Below are positions 58,601-64,000 of a stretch of 64,000 nt of DNA, in pieces. This stretch comes from a virus. Position 1 is the stretch's first letter, and each line of letters opens with the position of its first letter. The DNA is taken from the IMG/VR virus record IMGVR_UViG_3300034068_000734, positions 4,414-68,413 of that record. One strand, 5' to 3'. The position numbers were made by a program, and so were the translations under genes. A model generated the notes under the pieces. That model ran no database searches, was not told the origin of the DNA, and worked only from the letters and a program-made list of their open reading frames with translations.

Positions 58601-59043
58601 TCCAGATCACGATCCCCATACCGGACTGGGCGAAGGTCCTTCCGGGGCCTCAAAACGGACAAGACTCGATCTCATTCGGCACGAAGAAGATAAAGAATGT
58701 TGAGCTGAACCTCGCTGAGGGTGGTATCGCGACCCGTCAGATGCATGCACTCATCGGTGAGGCCGGATACCCGGAGGCTGTCATCCCGCTCAACCAGCGG
58801 GGCGCGGAAGTACTCGCAGCGACGATGGCCCGATACGTGGACCGCACATCAGTGCAGGGCGCGATGGTGTCCCAGTATGCGACCCCGGTCGTGAACAACT
58901 ACTCCAGCCAGTCATTCGACCAGTCGACGCAGTTCAACGGCCCGATCACGGTGAAGGCCCAGAGCCCCGACGACATGGCGCAGGCGTTGCAGGCACGCGC
59001 GAGGCGCAGGGCGCTGTCGCAGCCGATCCAAGGGAGACGTTGA
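52687..59043 (+). CDS. Tape measure protein
   Basis: 2118 aa, Ala-rich; 11-residue RAxEDF periodicity near 56230-57330; Trp repeats; LIGEAGYPEAVIPL. Confidence 0.93.
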   Translation: MSEYMVDVGLNVNAGSYMTSMGQAVAVTRQYSEVVDGIPAVATKMTSALVGAANKMTGFNAVNTLAVDTAASYQKALSGIEAGASASGRSFTALEKTTKQFGRNFSGGMGQAIQVVETLQKQGIKSEKQIDSLGKAWIKMGAATGSNAAQIGADFTQLSRSMGNGVSQFTKLSDSLVTTTAKIGGSAESVVSFSKALAPVAATIGINQTAVMGLSAAMSSLGEDGYRSANVLNKVMLDMNRAVRDGGPELKAYADVMGTTSEKLRDLMKQDPTEFMTRFAESLGKAGPQMSRQLEMLGFDSVRDTRSLAALTRSGNMREAIDTAQKSYGDGSTERAASKALEGVTDQADKLKESMTQVVVNMGRPLLGVAANQLGVANAIAGGVAGATEGKVPQVLTGVAGAAGAVGSIGMNALTLASFYALAKIGGKKLGESDTVQEGKRALVQRSQGLPVATSTTTMGRFGQVIGSAVGSTLMTPSGIPMTAGERFASASRTAIRTGAGVAAFGLNSTYGNLFRNAQGLDPIRGVAYNNFRDSVKSAGAQFKTGDMRGALQTVAMSGGRSLGSLADPTQRVTLPQAIGSTAVGATKMIGGGLGLAASSVGRVATSIMNPYMMGIMAAAGTGMYAAGQIKESDSRVQQVATAGQDLNSTFNSFAAAMGMASRGLESFSATALKSAGDVAKTNTSNREATTIDPNEAAASNAAGYVPQKRSDRAEGTNLAAGTAIATLGFSAKPEEIAAYVNDLASSKSMGKFEAQNVADVLKEVYGDGNTRPNSEMGYTLMQDAVRANGGTVLGLTGRVTESQAEIGVGMTQAAQAQANNAGKLFGGEVSVYSPKDGSKLSATYGDVVAGSEAKQIYDAAYAQQLDGEGDKSAAAITGQTVSDLIGINEVDAYNAGLPTQATSRGAAYGLLKEDKQTFEEMLARAAEGGNTNAARTLALINEGYITESGANYSKFSPTTPDNEKAARSLDKSFVLTSKAAGKLSDSLYEAEAAGRALKKPMEELTALDTKGMSAAGRDINAYRMDRTETSRRDAGLSVLGSALTNSGGSQGEAAVSIRLQQAMATNDDLKNVLGSALSLQEPRRSAQEAGRTQMQSLRSSAASAYSTYGMQYTPSNTELNDILAAQEAGRYQWQEATRADAIGMNRSSGSMQTSINAMQRSTGVTIGMINRDTATGERYGREDFARQQDLSRFERDKTIKRSNRDFGTQRTRATVEYGKQEQYSTEDKGLQESRANRDFTRQMTQSDDDYRKSKYRADEDFSTQKLRAQRDFDKQMSRGQRDFDKGSLRGQEDFDRARVRATEDFNKQIARMVEDSAKQMYDPWKRISAQMVMDAGQLVTNLKDQTAAVDKQVSNLAEARGMGLSDAAIKALNLSDASNAQQLSRVVDDIRGNSSYAGQINDAVGAKAASSQVLVQDQGNTSFARAQEDFSTQMQRGGDDFAISKSRALADFDQSKADTKEDFKKSLDDSQADFDKNMVRMDTDFAVSVVRANLAFDTSMADMQQSFDISRARAKEMFVQQLAYSKADHDLAMSDLNADFDHASKVAADSLELSVKRMWERARTSISDAGAAASAQIKSMMEQFYQVGQSSAAGDGGVTQMLSDAMKNGIDPKTMGEDWQARIQNSLDYIKTNGIKVPKALTDFYAGKGFTGEDLKPASPTVREAEGLTPAKPINVRDEHGNRRPGIPDDGIDWSIGALQKQHALLLEKAGNGDFKEIGTAMWDGVKEGWETANHNIFAAPFTIAIEMVKNLLGIKSPSTVFKEIGENVVQGLKDGITGTIGGVWEKITDPIKDLDIGGKVTGAFKTAMEYLKKLGTTIGTWVTGAWDSIASPLTSIDIEASVKTAFSKAKEWIGGLGDKTGGAADSVSKWIGTAWESIMSGIPTIEKVMGKVQAAFGLGDANGGGIAQWLQGLKDAEKDGKDTVMGWIGDAWGMILTGIPGLEMVKEAFRPMGDGIVKVVNALIDAWNSLQITIPIPDWAKVLPGPQNGQDSISFGTKKIKNVELNLAEGGIATRQMHALIGEAGYPEAVIPLNQRGAEVLAATMARYVDRTSVQGAMVSQYATPVVNNYSSQSFDQSTQFNGPITVKAQSPDDMAQALQARARRRALSQPIQGRR

Positions 59044-59477
59044 TGGACATCCTTCCGGTGACATGCCGGTTGACGACCCCTGGCGGATGGCTGGTCCTCA
59101 CGGACGGCCCGTACCGGCTGAGTTCGACAGCGTTCGGTGAGCAGGCAACGACATTCAGGCGGTCTGAGGTGAGCAACCCGTTCACTGAAGGATCGTGGAC
59201 GGTGAATGCGCAGCGTGAGAACGTCACAGAGTCCTTGGACGTGTATGTGCGAGCTGACACGCCTGCGGGCGTGCAAGGGGCGGTGTCGGGGCTGCTGGAG
59301 GCATTGCGGCAGGTGAACTTCGGGATGGAGGTCACGTTCGACGGTATCCAGACGTTCTACCAGTGCTACTGCGCGGACGTGTCGGTGAAGACCCCTCGCG
59401 AGTTCCGGTTCTCCCGGATGGCGCAGGTGTCTGCGCAGGTCCCTCGACATCCGGGCACTGAATGGAAGGCTGTCTGA
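59043..59477 (+). CDS. Distal-tail-like minor tail protein
   Basis: Position directly after the tape measure; beta-rich. Confidence 0.6.
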   Translation: MDILPVTCRLTTPGGWLVLTDGPYRLSSTAFGEQATTFRRSEVSNPFTEGSWTVNAQRENVTESLDVYVRADTPAGVQGAVSGLLEALRQVNFGMEVTFDGIQTFYQCYCADVSVKTPREFRFSRMAQVSAQVPRHPGTEWKAV

Positions 59478-59887
59478 TGGGCTCACTTTCGACTTGGGGC
59501 CGGTCTGTGGTCGTGAACTCGACGTTTCGACCTGAGGCTGCCCCAGCACTGGGCACGATCTGGCTGGCGTTGACGACACAGGTCCCGGTGTCAACGGATT
59601 CAGGGGACACCCTGCTGGAGCCTGCGGCATCAAGCTACGAGCGGTCCCCTTATGGGGTGGGTTCCTACTTCTGGAACCTGTCCGGGCCGGGGCTGCTCAT
59701 CAATGCGCGGGCTGTCGACTGGCGGCAGCCCGATGACAACTGGGGTCAGGTGACGGGATGGGCGTTCTGTACCGAGTCGACGTCGGGGATGGTGCTGGCG
59801 TTCGGAGCACTGCCACGACCTACGACGGTTTCGAGTGGGTCCCGGCTTCGGGTACCACCGGGGGCGATACGCCTCAACCTACTTTAG
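59477..59887 (+). CDS. Minor tail protein
   Basis: IWLALTTQVP...SYER...NWGQVTGWA; similar to 63619-63987. Confidence 0.7.
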   Translation: MGSLSTWGRSVVVNSTFRPEAAPALGTIWLALTTQVPVSTDSGDTLLEPAASSYERSPYGVGSYFWNLSGPGLLINARAVDWRQPDDNWGQVTGWAFCTESTSGMVLAFGALPRPTTVSSGSRLRVPPGAIRLNLL

Positions 59888-61146
59888 ACAGGCTGGACGC
59901 CTTCGCATCCATCATCAACGCGTTTGCCCCGTTCAATGTGAAGGAACTGTGCGACGCGCAGGTGGTGGCCCATGGCATGGGAGAGATCTACGGCAACAAG
60001 TACGCGGACGTGTTCGACCTGGGGATGCTGTACGTCGGTGAACTGATCGGCGAATGGGGCGCGCATCCCATCGAGTTCCTCCTCATGGACGAGGTCAGGT
60101 CCTCGATGGGCGTTGATATCGTCCTCACGTCTGACCCTCCGGTGACCCGCCGTGAGGAACTGATCCCGGCCCGTGTCGTCGGATTCGAGGTCGATGACTA
60201 CTTCCCGGTGGCGGGGCTGCCGCAGCAGGTCACGGGGCTAGTGGTCGATGCCCGCCCAGTGATCGGCGTGGGACCGCTCACCCAGTTGCAGACGTTCCCT
60301 GAGCCGAGGAACGTGAGCCTGCTCGCATCGAGCCGGTGGCTTCCGTTGAACTGGGCGCTGGACCCGTGGTGCACGGTGTGGGAGCCGTTCTCCGGGTTTG
60401 ACCCTGACCCGATCGAGGCGCTGACAGTGCGGGAACTGTGCGACCTGCCGGAATGCCGCGACGGCGTCCCCTACTTGGTACGCGATTTCCTGCAAGGCGG
60501 CCGCTACCGCATCAGACCGGATGACGTCCGGTACCTGCGGTCGCAGCCTGGCACGAACCCGCAGTACCGGCCCCGCTACACCTACTACCGGGATGGCGGG
60601 TTCGTGAGGAACGCATCAGTGTCGATGTCCGGTGGCCGGCACATGTGGTGCGACGACATCAACTGGAACGCCCAGGAGGTGACGGTGTTCGTCGTGGCGA
60701 CACTGCACGAGCCTGCCGGTGAGTGGTTCGGGGTGCTGGAGACGGAAGCCCCGAACTTGCAGGGGCTGGATCCGTTCTTCGGGATCAGGTATCACAAGAG
60801 CGGCATGCTGGCGTTGTGGGCTGATTCGATGCTCCTGTCGACGCCGCTATCGAGCGGGATGGCCCGCCCGGCGCAGCCGGTGATCATCGGGCTGAACATC
60901 GACATGGCGAACAACACGGTGACGATGCTGAGCGCGGACTCGGGGGTGAAGGCCCTGACGACGTCGCTGCCCCGCCGCTACGACAACCGGTCACGGCTGT
61001 GGCTGGGCCGTTCCCCTCAGGGGCAGAACGCGACGGCATCGATGGACATCTTGGAAGTGTCGTACTGGGAGCGACGGTTTGGCCCCGGCGATCTCGCCGC
61101 AGTCATGGGTGAATACGACCGCATGTATGGGGTGACGACGTCATGA
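59758..61146 (+). CDS. Minor tail protein with probable lectin-like C-terminal domain
   Basis: VTVFVVA, LWLGR, DILEVSYWERRF pattern resembles ConA/LamG folds. Confidence 0.6.
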   Translation: MGVLYRVDVGDGAGVRSTATTYDGFEWVPASGTTGGDTPQPTLDRLDAFASIINAFAPFNVKELCDAQVVAHGMGEIYGNKYADVFDLGMLYVGELIGEWGAHPIEFLLMDEVRSSMGVDIVLTSDPPVTRREELIPARVVGFEVDDYFPVAGLPQQVTGLVVDARPVIGVGPLTQLQTFPEPRNVSLLASSRWLPLNWALDPWCTVWEPFSGFDPDPIEALTVRELCDLPECRDGVPYLVRDFLQGGRYRIRPDDVRYLRSQPGTNPQYRPRYTYYRDGGFVRNASVSMSGGRHMWCDDINWNAQEVTVFVVATLHEPAGEWFGVLETEAPNLQGLDPFFGIRYHKSGMLALWADSMLLSTPLSSGMARPAQPVIIGLNIDMANNTVTMLSADSGVKALTTSLPRRYDNRSRLWLGRSPQGQNATASMDILEVSYWERRFGPGDLAAVMGEYDRMYGVTTS

Positions 61147-61364
61147 CGACGTTTACGAAGGCAGGCGCGAAGGACTTCAAGTACCTGGTGGGTCGTTTGG
61201 AGCGTGCAGGGCACAAGGTGCAGATGCGCGGCAGCGGCCACTACTTGGTGAAGCACCGGGATGGGATCGGCATGGTGACACTCCCGTCGTCCCCGGGGGA
61301 TTACCGCGGCTGGCAGAACGCGAAGTCGCAGCTGCGCCGCGCCGGGTTCGGTGATGACGTATGA
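61143..61364 (+). CDS. hicA: HicA-like toxin (mRNA interferase fold)
   Basis: LERAGHKVQMRGSGHYLVKH...VTLPSSPGD...KSQLRRAG. Confidence 0.7.
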   Translation: MTTFTKAGAKDFKYLVGRLERAGHKVQMRGSGHYLVKHRDGIGMVTLPSSPGDYRGWQNAKSQLRRAGFGDDV

Positions 61365-61432
61365 CGCTCACGTCACCTGTTCCCACCTGTTCCCACCTGT
61401 TCCCGGGAACAGGTGATGACGTATGACGCTCA
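61350..61432. repeat. 21-bp direct repeat enclosing 3 x CACCTGTTCC and an inverted repeat
   Basis: GGTGATGACGTATGACGCTCA at 61350-61370 and 61412-61432. Confidence 0.9.
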
Positions 61433-63609
61433 TGGCCCCAGTTCCGCGCCTCATGGACAACAGCATGTCGGGCAGTTGGCGAGTGTGGGTGTACCCGTCT
61501 GGCGTGCGGTCGCTGGAGTCGGCAGTTGACGTGTCGTTCGTCCGCGGGGCACCGACGATGGTTGAGTCGTTGGCGACCGCAGACCCGTTTGGGCCGACGA
61601 CGGCGTCGATCAGGTTCCCGGCAGTGACCCTCATGGACGCGATCGGTGCGTCGGATTTGTGGTGGCTCCAACCTGAGATGGACGTAGACATCGTGTGGGT
61701 GCTGGCGGATGGGGATAAACCTTCGTACCGCTGGGAGGGCTACATGGCCTCATTCGAGTACAGCCCGACCGAGGCGGCGAGTGAACTGTCGGTGACGTTG
61801 CGCGGGGCGATGTTCCAGATGGACAACTACTTGGCGAAGCCGGAGTACGTGTACCAGCCGATCCCGTACGAGGTGGCGATCTCACGACAGTTCACGGGGC
61901 GACCGGACATGAGGATCGCGCCGCTGCGCACGGAATGGCCGTCGTGGTGGTCAACAAAGTTCAGGCTCGCCGACTATTCAAGCAGGCCCCTATACATGCG
62001 CCCGGTCGGACTGGAGGACGGCTCGAACTGGTCTGGGTCAGTGACGCGCTCCACGGGTTCGTTTGACCAGGTCCTCACCTCCTATGTGCAGGGCCTGCTG
62101 GCGAACATGTACACGGCGAGGGGCCAGTTCACGCTGGCGTTGGACGAGGGCCGCAGGCCGGTGCTGCGGCACCGCGACCGCATCACTGCCCCAGACGACC
62201 GCACCCTCGTCGTGGATTTGCTTACGCCGGGCGTGTCGATGTCGGCGACGAAGGACTACACGCAGCGCTTGAACGCCGTCTACGGGCAGGGCAAGAGCCT
62301 GAACGGTTCGACGTTCTCCGGGATGCAGGTGTCTGCTGACGGTCAGACGATCACGTACGCGCCATATGCCGCGAGGCGTCAGGTGGATCCGATAGACGAG
62401 AACGACTGGTTTGACCGTTCGGTGATGCGCAAGGAGGTGAACCTGTCGTTCTATGAGGGATTGAGCGAGGTGGAGGCCGCCGACATCGCGAAGGGACATC
62501 TGGCACGGTTCTCCGATCCGGGGGTGACGGGGACGATCACGCTGACTGCCGACCCAGTGCGCGGCGGCGCGTTCTTCTCCCGCTACTTGGTGACAGCTGG
62601 GATGAGCATTCAGGTGAGGGGCCTGTTCGGGAACCCTGACGGGGTCATGTTCCATGTGACGGAGTCGAATGTCGGCCCTGAGGCGACGGAGTTGACGGTT
62701 GACGGGAAGTACCGCGACCAGTTGACGGTGCAGGAGGTGACGGCCCGCACCCGTGATTCCCTCGCCCCGATCCGGCTGCTCACGGTCGGCCAGTACAAGC
62801 CGAACATCCCCGACATGCTGTTCCCCTGGTCGTACGCGGACGGGTCTGGGTTCGTGCCGAAGGGCAGCCAGAACCTGTTCGCCGGAATGCCCAGCCAGGT
62901 GACGTTCCCGTGGGTGGACTGGACGAGGCAGCGCCCGCCGAGGGACCCGCAGTGGGCGGCGAACTACATCAGGATTTCCCCAGCATCGGGGAACGCTGAC
63001 GGGAACTGGGCGAACAAGCGCCAGTCGAGGCAGGATTTCGCCGCGTACCCGGTGCGCCTGTCGCAGGCTGGGGAGGCGAGCCTGTTCCAGATCTCCGCCT
63101 ACGACCAGTACGGGTCGGTGCTGAAGGTGCCGTTCCATGTGTCGCTGTACCGGACGAATGGCGTGTCCTATTCGAGCATGCCGTCGTTGGGTATCAGTGA
63201 CGAGCCGGACAACCGGCCGTACAAGGCGGGGCAGCATTACCCGTTCTTCAAGCGTGCATGGGAGGAGTACGCGGAGGATGGCACCCAGTTGAATCCGGAT
63301 CTCGTGGGAGCGGTGTCGACGGCGCAGATCATCATCGGATACGGCAACTTCTATGAGAAGGCCGGGTTTTGGCCGGGGACATCTGCGGTGGCAGGCGCGG
63401 AGCCCACTGGGCTGCTGTCAGATTCTGGCGGGTTCTCGTGGGACTTGACGGACGCCGTGTACGGGGTGGACCCGCAGCGGTCCGCTGACGAGAACCTGCG
63501 CTACCCGAACAGGGCTGACGTGTACGTGATGGTCTATTGCGACGCCCAGTTGACGCAGGACGTGTACTTCCTGGGGCGGATCTACCGCAAGGAACCGGGA
63601 ACGGCTTAG
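61423..63609 (+). CDS. Tail tip/hub protein
   Basis: 728 aa; RWEGYM, NAVYGQG, GTITL; tail-module position. Confidence 0.75.
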   Translation: MTLMAPVPRLMDNSMSGSWRVWVYPSGVRSLESAVDVSFVRGAPTMVESLATADPFGPTTASIRFPAVTLMDAIGASDLWWLQPEMDVDIVWVLADGDKPSYRWEGYMASFEYSPTEAASELSVTLRGAMFQMDNYLAKPEYVYQPIPYEVAISRQFTGRPDMRIAPLRTEWPSWWSTKFRLADYSSRPLYMRPVGLEDGSNWSGSVTRSTGSFDQVLTSYVQGLLANMYTARGQFTLALDEGRRPVLRHRDRITAPDDRTLVVDLLTPGVSMSATKDYTQRLNAVYGQGKSLNGSTFSGMQVSADGQTITYAPYAARRQVDPIDENDWFDRSVMRKEVNLSFYEGLSEVEAADIAKGHLARFSDPGVTGTITLTADPVRGGAFFSRYLVTAGMSIQVRGLFGNPDGVMFHVTESNVGPEATELTVDGKYRDQLTVQEVTARTRDSLAPIRLLTVGQYKPNIPDMLFPWSYADGSGFVPKGSQNLFAGMPSQVTFPWVDWTRQRPPRDPQWAANYIRISPASGNADGNWANKRQSRQDFAAYPVRLSQAGEASLFQISAYDQYGSVLKVPFHVSLYRTNGVSYSSMPSLGISDEPDNRPYKAGQHYPFFKRAWEEYAEDGTQLNPDLVGAVSTAQIIIGYGNFYEKAGFWPGTSAVAGAEPTGLLSDSGGFSWDLTDAVYGVDPQRSADENLRYPNRADVYVMVYCDAQLTQDVYFLGRIYRKEPGTA

Positions 63610-63618
63610 GAGGAACGC

Positions 63619-63987
63619 ATGGCATCAGTGATCTACGACCCGCTTGCCCGTCCGTGGCTTGAGTACTTGATCGGCATCAAATGCTTCGCGAGCCTGCACT
63701 ATGAGGCTCCGGATCCGGCTGATCCTGCCGCGAGCGAGATCAGCAGCCCGACGTATGCCCGGTCGCCGTTGACGTGGGATTTCGCGAAGGACACGTCTCG
63801 GACGGCGTGGAACGTGCAGGACTTGTCATGGCTGAATCTGGACGCGGTGACGATCGTGGGCGTGGGGGCGTGGACTGATCCGACGAAGGGTGAGTTCCTG
63901 CTGTTCGCTCAGCTCGACGACCCGTACCCAGTTCCTGCTCGCGGCTCGTACACGCTGGCCGCGAATGGCCTGTTCATGCACGTGTGA
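63619..63987 (+). CDS. Minor tail protein
   Basis: ASLHYEAP...EISSPTYAR...GAWTDPTKGEFL. Confidence 0.65.
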   Translation: MASVIYDPLARPWLEYLIGIKCFASLHYEAPDPADPAASEISSPTYARSPLTWDFAKDTSRTAWNVQDLSWLNLDAVTIVGVGAWTDPTKGEFLLFAQLDDPYPVPARGSYTLAANGLFMHV

Positions 63988-64000
63988 CGGCTGGTTTTGG

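Noticed and set aside
59879-59890. RF2-like +1 frameshift at CTT TAG
   Set aside because: The downstream gene is in the -1 frame, not +1, and has its own plausible start at 59758.

Overview
The whole window is part of a GC-rich temperate siphovirus of an actinobacterial host, judged from WhiB, DUF4192 and a tRNA-Asn-derived attP. No host genes or prophage boundaries are visible, so this looks like free or excised phage DNA. The left arm (1-20.4 kb, mostly minus strand) carries DUF4192, DUF932, Xis, repressor, attP, a tyrosine integrase, an array of paralogous Cys-rich mini-genes, HNH, a transglycosylase, WhiB, RuvC, a PD-(D/E)XK nuclease, DnaE, SSB, primase and DnaB. The right arm (21-64 kb, plus strand) carries terminase, fibre and lysis genes, portal, a ~15 kb block of unusual basic glycine-zipper polyproteins, an XkdF protease, scaffold, capsid, neck, tail tube, a frameshifted chaperone, tape measure and tail tip. 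Three observations stand out. (1) The head-module polyproteins are punctuated by a recurring hydrophobic-x-Lys motif, suggesting protease-released capsid cargo. (2) A hidden -1 frameshift (C CCA AAA, 39761-39767) would fuse a CbbX/EccA-type AAA+ ATPase onto an 1130-aa head-module protein. (3) A motif-shuffled mini-gene array lies beside the integrase. All calls come from reading motifs by eye; no searches were run.
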